Shown here piece by piece: positions 5,812 through 16,084 of a stretch of 26,061 nucleotides of DNA. The notes beneath the pieces were generated by a model. That model ran no database searches, was not told the DNA's origin, and saw only the letters and a program-made list of their open reading frames with translations. Numbering within the stretch: position 1 is the first letter of the stretch; every line of letters starts with the position of its first letter. Both the position numbers and the translations under genes were made by a program. The stretch comes from a virus, in UHGV virus genome UHGV-0036034; one strand, 5' to 3'.

Positions 5812-8286
5812 TTATTGCGGAGTGACATCCTGAGGTCGCCACCAGTATGTCTGATTAAACTCTTTCTTCGAACGTTGCTCCATTTTACGCAAATAGCCTG
5901 GTGAAAAATACTCCTGCATCTGGTTAAAGATCATATGATCGAGAGCCGCCTTTAAGTACCAGAGATTCGCACCGGGCATCAAACCTTTCCCCAGCTTCAC
6001 CAGATCACCACCAGTCTGCTCACTCTTCCCTTCCACAGCATTTAACGGTATGCCCTGAGCAATCTTCACTACGTCATCAACCAGACCAGCTACCGGGCCA
6101 AGCATCGACGCCAGCGCGCCGCTTCCGTACCTAGTGTGATCTGACAATAAAAAGTCACCGTAAAGGCCAAGGCCACCACCTTTCAGTAGAGCACCAAGCC
6201 AGAATTTTGCGGCACCTTCTCCTGTCATCTCTCGAGGATTACGACCAGACGCAAGGTCGTTAAGTTGCTGCGACAAAGCGCCAAGAATGGTCGTACTGGC
6301 AATAAACGTCGCAATATATGCCGCACGCCCACCAGCAGACGGCATACCCATAGCGCGTGACCAGTGACGCATAACAACCGAGATAGGGAACGATTTAAAC
6401 AGGAAAACACTTCTCGTTAATTCACCTTTCCATGTTCCACGCTGAATACCAGAACCGGTTATCAGTTGCTCACGAGCTCCCGGTGTAATAACAGCCATAT
6501 CAACTTCTTCAGTTACGGCACCGAGCAATTTACGCATTGCCTCAAATTTCACGCGCTCAGGCTCACCAAGATGTTTAACTGCTGAATCAGGGATACGCAT
6601 AATGCTTTCCGGTGTCAGCATCGTATTATTACCGTTCCCCCAGTCCTCCTGTTGCGCCAGCTTCCATACGCTCCAGTCTGTGTCAGTAATCCCTTTGCTT
6701 TTCAGGATACGAAAATCAGAGTCATCGAGGCTACGAAGGTCTGGTGTCCGTGACACTACTTCTCCCAGGCTTCCCATCATGGTTACGCCATAGGCGCGCT
6801 TGTGCGCATCTGACCATGCTGTAAGCCCACTGGCACGCATTACCGCCGTTGCCGCCCAACGAGACACTGACGGCCCCATATTATCCATCGCCCAGCGGTT
6901 AACGCTGCCAAGTAGAGATTCCATCGCCAGACCAGCGCGGCGCGCCCGCGCAAGTTCTGTACGGTTCGTTGGGTCCATAGCTTCAAGCTGGTTGCGGAAT
7001 AACTGGTTCATTGGAAGGTTGGTAACCTTCGCAGACAGATACATGGTTCCAAGATCAGAGAACGATGACAGCAACGCGGATCCGAGTCTGCTGGCAACCA
7101 GCCAGTTGCGGATATTGTCAGACCATCGCGCGATGTGCGGATTCGCTACAGGCTGTGTCTTTCCGGAAATAAAGTTGTACAGATTCTCTGTGTTGTTCGC
7201 CAGCCGCTCGACTTTACCGGTTTTACTCGGGTTAGCTGTTGCCGTTTCTGCCTTCACCTGATCAAGAAGAGAGCGGAAAACATGATCGGGGTTTGGGCCA
7301 TATGTTTCCACCAGTGCAATATCTTTACTGATACCTTCCAGGTGACCGACCATGATTTCCCATAGAGAGCGATCACCATAAAGTTGTTGATATTGGAGAT
7401 AGGAATCTGCATCTTTGAAATGTATCTGTCGTGATGCATTACCACGGTTAGCACGTGCGCCGGAAATTCGCATTCCGGTATCAGTAAGCTTATTCAGCCC
7501 ACCAGTAGCGATCGTGTTATAAGCCTCTCCAAGAAATGCAGACAACTCGGCATCGTTCATCAGTTGTCCATCGGCTCGGGTATAATATTTGCGATCCAGC
7601 TTACCTATAACATCGCCAACCCACTTATCCTTTGATACCGCCCCAACCTTTTCCATAGAATGATGTTGAGGGATCCCCCAGTTTTCGAGATAGCCAATGT
7701 CCCCACCAGCATCATTAAACCGGCGGCGCAGCAGCTCTGTAACTTCTCTCCACGCCTTAGCACCTTTTCTTGCTTTAGCATTGCCAGTATTTTGCCCCCG
7801 CATTTCATATACCAGGTCACGTACGCCCGCTTCATCTTCAAACAGACCAAAAAAGCGAGGATCAACTGCTTCGAATGCCTCCTGCAATTGACTCAATGCA
7901 TAATCACGGGTGGCTTTTGTTCTGGATTCAACAGAGAGGAAATTAGATTTACCGTCTGCATTAAAAGCTATAGTACGGTTAAGAGCGCCAAGTTTCCCAT
8001 CAGCCCCTTGATAGCTATTGATAAATTTATCCAATCTCTGACGCGCGGCTATAGTGAGAGCCACACGACGTTTCTTTAATGCCGCTTCTCGCTGTAATTC
8101 TTCAGATGCCAATTGTGCTGCTCGATATAGCCGCTCTGATTCGGAAAGTTGTCGCCACGACATCGGATCATCACGAGCAATGGAGCGCATATTTCGATAA
8201 ATGCGGTCTTCAATGTTCTGTATTTCTCGCGCCGTTAACGTGCGCTGCGCCGCCTGCTGGACCGCTTGTATACATTCCTGTCTCAT
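5812..8286 (-). CDS. Large internal virion / ejection-type protein (824 aa)
   Basis: GAGG RBS. Third of three large genes between the tail tube genes and the tailspike, the position held by internal core/ejection proteins in short-tailed phages. No catalytic motif recognised. Confidence 0.6.
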   Translation of the reverse strand: MRQECIQAVQQAAQRTLTAREIQNIEDRIYRNMRSIARDDPMSWRQLSESERLYRAAQLASEELQREAALKKRRVALTIAARQRLDKFINSYQGADGKLGALNRTIAFNADGKSNFLSVESRTKATRDYALSQLQEAFEAVDPRFFGLFEDEAGVRDLVYEMRGQNTGNAKARKGAKAWREVTELLRRRFNDAGGDIGYLENWGIPQHHSMEKVGAVSKDKWVGDVIGKLDRKYYTRADGQLMNDAELSAFLGEAYNTIATGGLNKLTDTGMRISGARANRGNASRQIHFKDADSYLQYQQLYGDRSLWEIMVGHLEGISKDIALVETYGPNPDHVFRSLLDQVKAETATANPSKTGKVERLANNTENLYNFISGKTQPVANPHIARWSDNIRNWLVASRLGSALLSSFSDLGTMYLSAKVTNLPMNQLFRNQLEAMDPTNRTELARARRAGLAMESLLGSVNRWAMDNMGPSVSRWAATAVMRASGLTAWSDAHKRAYGVTMMGSLGEVVSRTPDLRSLDDSDFRILKSKGITDTDWSVWKLAQQEDWGNGNNTMLTPESIMRIPDSAVKHLGEPERVKFEAMRKLLGAVTEEVDMAVITPGAREQLITGSGIQRGTWKGELTRSVFLFKSFPISVVMRHWSRAMGMPSAGGRAAYIATFIASTTILGALSQQLNDLASGRNPREMTGEGAAKFWLGALLKGGGLGLYGDFLLSDHTRYGSGALASMLGPVAGLVDDVVKIAQGIPLNAVEGKSEQTGGDLVKLGKGLMPGANLWYLKAALDHMIFNQMQEYFSPGYLRKMEQRSKKEFNQTYWWRPQDVTPQ

Positions 8287-8291
8287 TTAAT

Positions 8292-10094
8292 TTAACCTCT
8301 CAAGAAACACGCCACAGCAACATCAAACAGGCTGGAATCCTGTATTGCCTGCTCACTTTCCCTGTTCGCTTCATCCAGTACTTCACGCGCACTGCGCGAT
8401 TGTGGATTACCATCATCATCCAGTACGGTGATTATCATGTCCGGAGATTCAAGCAGCGAGTCTTCAGCTATACGCAGATCAATATCTCCTGCCGGATCTG
8501 CCATCATTTTTTGTTCTGCCTGTTGCAATATTTTATCAGGCTCAAAAGGAGCTACTTCGTCTGGCGTCCTGACCTCTGCTGTTTTATAGAATGAAACAGC
8601 CTGAGCATTAAGTTCACTTTCTGCCTGCTTTCTCCGAGCCAGTTCTGCTCGAGCTTCAAAAAACTGACCGCCAGGCTCGTGCGGTGCCAACGCGTTACGG
8701 GAAAATTCCAGGCGTTCTTGTGCCTGCCGGATTCGTTGATCAATATCGCGAAGTCTGGCCTGTTTATCTGATCGAGCACGAGACAAAGCTTTACCGCTAC
8801 CGGTTGGCTCTTCTGCAAGAATTTGTGCACGCTGTTCAGTGAGATTTTCAATAATTCGTTGGCTATTAGCGATTTCAGACTGGTAAACCTGTCTATCTCC
8901 ACGCGGCAAAAGCTGCGCGGCCTGTTCTTCAAGCAACCGATTTTCTATAGCGCGCGCCGTTACTCCATCATCTACAGATGACAGAGCCTCATTAACTGCC
9001 TGAGACAGCAGACTCTTGCGCCCAGGAATTTCACTGAAAGATGCAGACTCAACAATGCTGGCAACGTCTACAGGTCTCCCCTGGCTAACATCAGACATAG
9101 CTTTTCGCAGAGCCTGAATGTGAGAATTGCGCGAAAGCACGTTGATCGGCACGCCGGGCGCAATATCAATTTCAGCATGATGAGCGGCATTCGCCGCCAG
9201 TGCAGCATCGATATCAACTGGTGAAAAGTTTGGTGCGTTTGTAGACTCGCCGCGAGAGTTAATAAATCTGCCGACACCACCAAACGCCACCCCAAGAACA
9301 GCATCAATAGCAATTGCCTGTCGATCCAACACATCATACTGGTTAGCCATTTCGCTATAGCCACCATCACGAAGCGTTTTTGCAGTAAGCCCACGCTGTG
9401 CCATACCGAACGCAATATTTGTACCTGCGGCATAGGCAATATCTGGCGTTGCACGTACTGCTGTTGCCGCGGCGCGTCGCACTGAACTTTCACCCGTCCG
9501 CGCAAGCTGAGCCGCCACACCTTCCGCTAGCGCACCACCAGCACGTAACCCGAGACTCATAGGGATCAGTGTTCCGGCACCAGCAGTAATACCCTGCACT
9601 AATCCCGCTTCCTGCGCCGTCCTGAAATCAACCCCCTGCGCTGTCAGTCGTTCAAACTCAGAAAAACCCTGTAGCGAAGTTACCGCCGCAGCACCTCCGA
9701 TCGGACCACCGAGCGTTGTACCGACAACAGCCTGCCCGCCCATATCGAACAACCCATAAAGAACCTGCCCTGCGGTTCCGGTTGTCGCGGCATCAGGCGT
9801 CAGCCGCTTAACCTGCTGCTCTGCTAGTTTTCTCTGCTCGGCAATGTATGAAACTGAAGTGTCATTGAGCGAGGTGTTTTCGTTAACAAACTGAGCAATC
9901 GGGGATACGATTTTATCCATCCCTGCCCATAGCAACTGATCTGGCTTTGCCACCAGCCCGGAGTACAAACCAGACAATGCCGCTCCTACAGCATTGTCGA
10001 AAAAACCAACATCGCTGTTAAAGCCAGCTGGATTTGATGCTGCTTCGTCAAGCTGCTGATTCTGGTTTACTGGATTAAGGCCAAAGTAACTCAT
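8292..10094 (-). CDS. Internal virion / ejection-type protein (600 aa), Gly/Ala-rich with coiled-coil-like C-terminal half
   Basis: ATG overlaps the upstream stop. Low-complexity G/A-rich N-terminal half and charged helical C-terminal half. Function inferred from position. Confidence 0.6.
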   Translation of the reverse strand: MSYFGLNPVNQNQQLDEAASNPAGFNSDVGFFDNAVGAALSGLYSGLVAKPDQLLWAGMDKIVSPIAQFVNENTSLNDTSVSYIAEQRKLAEQQVKRLTPDAATTGTAGQVLYGLFDMGGQAVVGTTLGGPIGGAAAVTSLQGFSEFERLTAQGVDFRTAQEAGLVQGITAGAGTLIPMSLGLRAGGALAEGVAAQLARTGESSVRRAAATAVRATPDIAYAAGTNIAFGMAQRGLTAKTLRDGGYSEMANQYDVLDRQAIAIDAVLGVAFGGVGRFINSRGESTNAPNFSPVDIDAALAANAAHHAEIDIAPGVPINVLSRNSHIQALRKAMSDVSQGRPVDVASIVESASFSEIPGRKSLLSQAVNEALSSVDDGVTARAIENRLLEEQAAQLLPRGDRQVYQSEIANSQRIIENLTEQRAQILAEEPTGSGKALSRARSDKQARLRDIDQRIRQAQERLEFSRNALAPHEPGGQFFEARAELARRKQAESELNAQAVSFYKTAEVRTPDEVAPFEPDKILQQAEQKMMADPAGDIDLRIAEDSLLESPDMIITVLDDDGNPQSRSAREVLDEANRESEQAIQDSSLFDVAVACFLRG

Positions 10095-12604
10095 TGCGGA
10101 ATATCTCCGGAGAATCTCTGACGCTTCTGTGTCAGATCAAGAACAACAGGAGAACCATCATCCTTCAGCAGATATCCAGTCCCAAGTTTTACCAGGTACT
10201 GACTATCGCCGTAACTTTGCAAACCATACTGACCAGGCGGTGTTTTTATCCCGGTGCCGACAACTTGTTCATTCCAAGCCTGATTAACCTGCTTATCGAA
10301 TTGCTCTGCAGACATTCCCCACGGCAAAAGAACATTCCCCATTCCGTTATAGTCATGCACGCCACCTGTAGCTACGTTAACAGCCTGTTTCCAGATATCA
10401 TTGTCAATTTCGCCTGATACCACGCCTTTTTTCGCCATCACACCAGCGTAATAGTCCTTTGCGATCTCGTATGCCATTGATGCCCCATGAGCATCACCAG
10501 CAAATGCATCCTTCACCATGTCAGAAAACTCAAGGCGAAGATCAGCATCTTTAGGCATCGGAATACCTTTCGCATCATCAGTACCTTTACGAGCCGCCGC
10601 GCCAGCAAGAATTGTCTGCGCAGCGGTTTCAGGAGACACGGAAACATCCGGATTAAACCAGTTTTTTTCTGCCAAAATACCACCTGGCTTATCCATCAGT
10701 ATCCCGGCAACGGCAGCAGATGGAGCGTTGGCACTGATCTGCTGTAGTGCTGACATATACACCTGCCCACCACCAGTGCTCTGCCTGATGGTATCGAGAT
10801 ATGCTGCCTGTTGGGAAACGGGCGCATCACGAAAGAAAACACCGATCTGATTGGCCTCGTCTTTGGAAAAGAACGTCAGTGGAGTGCCATATGACTTAGC
10901 AAGGTCACTGACCTGAGCAGCACGCAAGGCAACGCTCTGTCCAAAGTTATCCTTATTGCTCATGTCGATAGGCTTTGCCTGTCCGGCGGCAAGAGAGAAC
11001 TGCACAGGATCCGATTGCCGCTGCTTTATCACCTGATTTGCAGCCGAAACAACGTTGTCATAAAGAGCTGCGCGTGCCGCATACCCCTCCCCTGTCTCAC
11101 CAGTATCCGGGCGTAATTGCTCAACATATGCTGTAATGCTGCTTGTCGGCATGTTGCGGAAAGAGCCTATATACTGTCCGGCGATCTGCGTATTCTTAAA
11201 CTCGGTATATCGCAGGTTTCCTTCTCTGACTCCATAAGCTGCAATAAAATCATCCTCACCAGGTGGGTTAGGAAATTCAACGCCACGCATATACGCAGCT
11301 GTCGCATCGCGAACCTGGCTGTCAATCATCGTTTTATATTCAGCCTGCTGCTGCCGACGCAGTTGATCTGCCTGTCGCATAAAACTTGCCTGCGCCTCAG
11401 GAGATGCAGCATCGAATGCTGCATTACCGGTATAGCGTTTGGTGTTGGTTGGAATTGTTGATAAACCAAGTGCTGCACTGACACCAGCAGTTAACTGCTG
11501 ATCACTGTATGGCTGGCTACCGTTCTCATGATGGATAATGGCTGCACAAAGCGCCTTCAGGGTATCAGGATTAGATGCATCGAGAGGCTCATCAGCAGAA
11601 ACGCCAAGTTGTTCGCACACTGCTTTGATATACGACATAGTGTCATTTTTATCAGTAGGCGGTGCCCAGCGATTAATTATCTCGCTGACGGTATCAATAC
11701 CCTGCCTCTGATACGACATCAGGTTTCGCCCTAATGCACGAATCCCGTGTTCAGGTGTTTCGAATTTAGCAAATCGACCATCATCACCGGTCTGGCCTAC
11801 CCACGGATTAGTTTTGCTGTATTCGAGATTTCCTGGGTTATTGTTGCGTATGCCACGGGCACGCTCGGAAGAGTCACTATCTGCTACAGCACGGCGAGCT
11901 CCAGCAGCAGTATCACTTAACTCGCCATTACTTTGGATGAATGCGGTCGCATTGTTTGCCGACCACTGGGACAATGCGGCATCAGCAACCTTCTCTTTAA
12001 ACTCGATTTTCTTGGCCTGTATTTGCTCGTCGCTCCAGCCATGCGCAACGCCGTAATCCTCAATTTGCTGGAAAGTTTGCTTATTAGCCAATACGTATGC
12101 GGCGTTGTCGCCATACAATGCTGCGGCATTTTTACCATTGTTCAGCAGCGTCGCCTGAAACTGGCCTTCTTCGTAGGCATTTATTTGCCCTATCTCGTGC
12201 CGCCCGGCCTGCGTAGTGAACTGAATACGCTGCTGCTGCGCCTGTTGCATGAAAGCATTACGAGCCTGTTCATCCGGCAGCGACATAGCCAGTTGTTCGA
12301 TCTGAGCATCAAACTGCTGCGTATACTCCTGACCTTTTCCAATAGCATTTTTCCCTTTCAGGTTAAGCAAACCTGTTTCAGGGTTATTCAACAGATCGCT
12401 GCTTATCTGGCTTAAGCTAAGAGAAGCATCCTGAGCCATAGCAACATTCGCACGCTGTTTTGCCTGCGCAACAATACCTGCATATTGCTCTGCAACATCG
12501 CCAAGTACATCACCGACATTTGGTGTCTGAAACGATGAGAATCCCTGAGTCGAAATCCCTCTGCTCTGAACCTGACGGCCCGATGTTGTTGGTACAACTG
12601 GCAT
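10091..12604 (-). CDS. Large internal virion protein (about 837 aa from ATG 12604; track ORF extends to GTG 12679)
   Basis: ATG at 12604 shares one base with the upstream stop and follows a GGAGGA RBS. Contains a conserved-looking block ARGIRNNNPGNLEYS...FAKFETPEHGIRALGRNL (about aa 275-395). Function inferred from position. Confidence 0.6.
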   Translation of the reverse strand: MPVVPTTSGRQVQSRGISTQGFSSFQTPNVGDVLGDVAEQYAGIVAQAKQRANVAMAQDASLSLSQISSDLLNNPETGLLNLKGKNAIGKGQEYTQQFDAQIEQLAMSLPDEQARNAFMQQAQQQRIQFTTQAGRHEIGQINAYEEGQFQATLLNNGKNAAALYGDNAAYVLANKQTFQQIEDYGVAHGWSDEQIQAKKIEFKEKVADAALSQWSANNATAFIQSNGELSDTAAGARRAVADSDSSERARGIRNNNPGNLEYSKTNPWVGQTGDDGRFAKFETPEHGIRALGRNLMSYQRQGIDTVSEIINRWAPPTDKNDTMSYIKAVCEQLGVSADEPLDASNPDTLKALCAAIIHHENGSQPYSDQQLTAGVSAALGLSTIPTNTKRYTGNAAFDAASPEAQASFMRQADQLRRQQQAEYKTMIDSQVRDATAAYMRGVEFPNPPGEDDFIAAYGVREGNLRYTEFKNTQIAGQYIGSFRNMPTSSITAYVEQLRPDTGETGEGYAARAALYDNVVSAANQVIKQRQSDPVQFSLAAGQAKPIDMSNKDNFGQSVALRAAQVSDLAKSYGTPLTFFSKDEANQIGVFFRDAPVSQQAAYLDTIRQSTGGGQVYMSALQQISANAPSAAVAGILMDKPGGILAEKNWFNPDVSVSPETAAQTILAGAAARKGTDDAKGIPMPKDADLRLEFSDMVKDAFAGDAHGASMAYEIAKDYYAGVMAKKGVVSGEIDNDIWKQAVNVATGGVHDYNGMGNVLLPWGMSAEQFDKQVNQAWNEQVVGTGIKTPPGQYGLQSYGDSQYLVKLGTGYLLKDDGSPVVLDLTQKRQRFSGDIPQ

Positions 12605-13149
12605 TATAATCCTCCGGGTAATCTGGTTCCTGCTGCTGCCCCGATTGGCGCAGGAGTGCTTTGAGTAAACGGACTCCACGTCCCACCAAACATCTGGTAC
12701 GCACCGTATGCCTTCAGAGGCGCAGTGAGCAATGTTGTTGCTGCTCCCACATTCCCCTGTTTACGGGCTGAACTGGCTTCTGCTTTATAGTTGGCAGCCT
12801 GAACCTGATAACCGTAAGCCTCGCGTTGCGCGTTATTCACCGTCGTCAGCGAATCAAGAGCGCCAAACTGGGCAGTGTCGCCAAATATATCCAGCGCGTT
12901 ACCTGTAGATAAATCAGCGCCGGTAGCCCCCATTGTCGCCGCCTGTGTACCAAGCCGCTGTCGGGTCTCTCTGCGCCGTTGCTCAGCTTCAGCGTTACCT
13001 CTGTTTATTGCATCATTTGCCTGAGCTGTGGCTATATCTGCGTTCGCTTCTGCAACCTTCGAGGCATACTTTCCCTGTTGGTACTGGGTGTATGCCTGAA
13101 TGCCACTCATGGCGAGCATTGCGCCACCAGCAATAACCGGATCGCACAT
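12604..13149 (-). CDS. Internal virion protein candidate (181 aa), Ala/Gln-rich
   Basis: Translationally coupled to neighbours on both sides. Helical low-complexity composition. Function inferred from position. Confidence 0.5.
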   Translation of the reverse strand: MCDPVIAGGAMLAMSGIQAYTQYQQGKYASKVAEANADIATAQANDAINRGNAEAEQRRRETRQRLGTQAATMGATGADLSTGNALDIFGDTAQFGALDSLTTVNNAQREAYGYQVQAANYKAEASSARKQGNVGAATTLLTAPLKAYGAYQMFGGTWSPFTQSTPAPIGAAAGTRLPGGL

Positions 13150-13616
13150 TATTTTCTCTCCATGTGAAATCTGTGGAAATTAAGACCAAGAGCACCATAA
13201 GGCGCGGCTTCTTCAAGCCTGAATCCAAGCCAGTGCAGCCATGCTTTGGCAACATGGTTTCGCTCGTCGACGTAGTTTTCCAGGCGCGGATAAACTGCCA
13301 GCATCAGCTGCAATACAGGGCGGCAGTGGCGAAGAAATGTCTTCTGATATTTTTCAATACGGCTGGTTCCGACCAGCCAGGGTGTACCATTGCCACCGAT
13401 CATTGACGCCGGAGATACACCAAACATGGTTACCAGTTCTCCGTTCGCGAACCCTGACCAGGCCATAGTCGCAGTGCGAAGACCAACACGCAGCGCATCT
13501 TCGGTAGTCATCAGTGATACCGCATACAGTTCGTCAATATCAGCCTGACGAACATCCGGCAAAATCATCTGAAGATGCTCTTCGGTAGCGGGAATAATTT
13601 GAACATCGATCATCAT
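13149..13616 (-). CDS. Hypothetical protein (155 aa) with GNAT-acetyltransferase-like C-terminal motif
   Basis: Coupled ATG overlaps between the nozzle gene and the next gene. The C-terminal NHVAKAWLHWLGFRLEE resembles the GNAT-fold C-terminal motif, but the acetyl-CoA pyrophosphate-binding motif is not evident. Confidence 0.5.
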   Translation of the reverse strand: MMIDVQIIPATEEHLQMILPDVRQADIDELYAVSLMTTEDALRVGLRTATMAWSGFANGELVTMFGVSPASMIGGNGTPWLVGTSRIEKYQKTFLRHCRPVLQLMLAVYPRLENYVDERNHVAKAWLHWLGFRLEEAAPYGALGLNFHRFHMERK

Positions 13617-16084
13617 AATCCCCCAACAGTAAGGCGAGGAATAACGGCAAGAACAGACAGCGGCAACGGGTCAAGCTGACGGATTTTTACACGCCCGTTT
13701 TTGCCCCAGTTACTGTCCAGTTTCACTTCTACTTTTCCGGTAGCATCATCAACAGGATCATCGTAGAACTCGAATTCACGCTGTGGATATTCGTACCATT
13801 TACCGCCGGGCGTAGTCGCCCAGATGCCGCGACTGGCATTCACAACCAGAGTAACGGACGGGATCACCTGTTTTTTGTCCAGCAGCGTTTCCTGTCCGTT
13901 AATGTTGATATCCAGTGTTTCGAATTCAGCAGTTATTGGCAGGCCGATGTGCACTACAGCCCCCGGAGATTCCAGCGTGACGGTACCTCCGGAAACCACT
14001 TTCTGTGGTTCCACGTTCGCATCAGAGAGAATGTTTACGGTCTGGCCTTCAAGATGAGACAGGCCTCCAAATGTCCGGCGCGCCATCTGCCAGTTCGTGG
14101 TGGCCACATTCCTGAGGGATGATGGGACGTTCCTGTTAGGACGAACCACTACAGCGGTATTGCTGGTTACAGAAATAATGTCGCAACGTAATTCTTTTGA
14201 CACTTCATCGCCAGTATCAGGATCAGTTCCGGTATAAGGGAATTGTAGTTGCGCACCGACATCACTACTGGTGAAGTACGCACCACCAGAAATACTGATT
14301 GTATATTCCACGCGGTAATCCCATTCACCAGAACCACCAGTGATGGTCATCGTTCTGTCAGACGTATTTCTTCCATCATAGCTAAGGCCAGAATCAACAA
14401 AGAAAGCATCTTCATCGCTGGTAAATAAACGGCTGGACAGTCGCTCTATGTATCTCACTGTTTGCCCGTTAACGGTTCGGTTAACGACGAAATACACCGC
14501 ATCTTCATTGCCTTCGCTGATACTGCATGTGCTTTCATATTTCCCGGTACTGGATTGTGGTGCCCATGCAAAAACCTGCTGATCACGCAAATAGGTCATC
14601 ACCAGTAATTTACCGTCATCACGAATGCAGAAGGCGCTGGAGTAAGGGACAATAGAGAAGCACCAGTCAACAATGCTGTGCTTCTGAAAAAGATGATTGG
14701 CAAGGATGGTCAGGTCGTTCCCCTGATAGCCGTCAACATCGAATGAGTAGGCCAGATCACGGACAACACTGCCTTTCTCCTGGACGAACAGAGCAATATT
14801 CGCCACGGCAATTGGTGGGACATTGCTCGAGCCATTTGATCCCTGAGAGCTGAATGCAAATGATGATGGGGTTAACACTTTGTTCTGGTCGCCGGTGATG
14901 ACGTACTCACCTCCGGAAGTCAGTGCCACCAGCGAACCGACATCAATCAGGTGGCGGATCTCATTAACCTGACGCCCGGCATAGGTGTAGATAATTCTGT
15001 CGTCATCCTGCGTAGGATTGCTTTTGCCAAAATCCTTATAATCCCCAGTACGGCTGGCCCAGATAGTCTGAGGGAACGCTGTCGATGCGGCGAAGTAAAG
15101 ACGTTGTTGATAATAAACAACAGTGCCAGGATAACCGTTAACACTATTCCAGGCATATTTAGCCCATTTATAGCTGGCATTATCCTCGCCAACTACCTGC
15201 GAAGGGATATAGGAAATCACCTCAGCAGTTGCAGTAGTTCCATTTGCAGCAGAGATACGGGCAATGCCAAAACCACTGTGCAGATACTCCCACTCAATGC
15301 CAGTATCATCATCACCGGATCCGCCCCAGCCATCCCATGATGTGCCTTCTGTATGCGAAGGGCGCAAAGTACCTGTTTTGCCTGCTGTAACGGCGCGATA
15401 GTAGTTACTGTCTGCACGGCGAATATCGCCAATCGACGTACTCTTACTGGTTTCCCATACCGGCACAGAATCCACTGCAGGCTGTTCCAGATAGAACAAT
15501 TTGCCTACCTGCTCCGCGCCAAAAATAGAGGCGCTTGCCGTTAACGTAATTGTCCCGGTGCTGGCGCTGGCATAAACCGTCACTGACTCGTCAATATTGA
15601 TATCTTCAAATGGCCCGTTCTTCGTTACCACATCAACCAGTTGCCAGTTGTCATGCGCATAGCGGCGCAACTCTTTCGGCGGGTATGCCGGATGAACCAG
15701 CGTAAGCACGTCTGCGCTTTGCGTGAATTTAATTCGGAACAGATCGGCTTCAGTATATGGCGTGGCAATTTCATAAATAACATTGCTGCTGTTCAGCACC
15801 AACGCACCATCTTTGATAACGCGCATGTACTGGTGTCCGAACTCCAGAGCATAAGTCTGAACCGTCGAGAACTGGAACGGGATCAGGCGGCATTTCCGAT
15901 TTGGGTATTTGGCGGCACCGACAAAACGCGTACCAGGTCGATTCTCAACGCCGCCATACTGCCGCACGATAAAGTTATCGCACTTGCGCAATGCCACCTG
16001 GTACTTCGCCATGTCGATACGACCGTACAACGACGGTCCAATCTCACCACCGGCAAAGCTGGGCTGGATCCAACTGATAGCCAT
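13613..16084 (-). CDS. Tail tubular protein B (nozzle), T7 gp12-like
   Basis: 823 aa, the size and position expected for a gp12-like protein. N-terminus MAISWIQPSFAGGEIGPSLYGR parallels the T7 gp12 N-terminal pattern (...LKGGISQQP...). ATGA overlap with the upstream adaptor gene. Confidence 0.65.
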   Translation of the reverse strand: MAISWIQPSFAGGEIGPSLYGRIDMAKYQVALRKCDNFIVRQYGGVENRPGTRFVGAAKYPNRKCRLIPFQFSTVQTYALEFGHQYMRVIKDGALVLNSSNVIYEIATPYTEADLFRIKFTQSADVLTLVHPAYPPKELRRYAHDNWQLVDVVTKNGPFEDINIDESVTVYASASTGTITLTASASIFGAEQVGKLFYLEQPAVDSVPVWETSKSTSIGDIRRADSNYYRAVTAGKTGTLRPSHTEGTSWDGWGGSGDDDTGIEWEYLHSGFGIARISAANGTTATAEVISYIPSQVVGEDNASYKWAKYAWNSVNGYPGTVVYYQQRLYFAASTAFPQTIWASRTGDYKDFGKSNPTQDDDRIIYTYAGRQVNEIRHLIDVGSLVALTSGGEYVITGDQNKVLTPSSFAFSSQGSNGSSNVPPIAVANIALFVQEKGSVVRDLAYSFDVDGYQGNDLTILANHLFQKHSIVDWCFSIVPYSSAFCIRDDGKLLVMTYLRDQQVFAWAPQSSTGKYESTCSISEGNEDAVYFVVNRTVNGQTVRYIERLSSRLFTSDEDAFFVDSGLSYDGRNTSDRTMTITGGSGEWDYRVEYTISISGGAYFTSSDVGAQLQFPYTGTDPDTGDEVSKELRCDIISVTSNTAVVVRPNRNVPSSLRNVATTNWQMARRTFGGLSHLEGQTVNILSDANVEPQKVVSGGTVTLESPGAVVHIGLPITAEFETLDININGQETLLDKKQVIPSVTLVVNASRGIWATTPGGKWYEYPQREFEFYDDPVDDATGKVEVKLDSNWGKNGRVKIRQLDPLPLSVLAVIPRLTVGGL

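Noticed and set aside
8552-12415. Multiple 60-170-aa ORFs on both strands inside the large internal-protein genes (for example 8552..8932, 9068..9520, 10487..10850, 11933..12415)
   Set aside because: Out-of-frame or antisense overlaps within long, continuous, translationally coupled genes; Arg/Cys/Leu-rich compositions typical of shadow frames.
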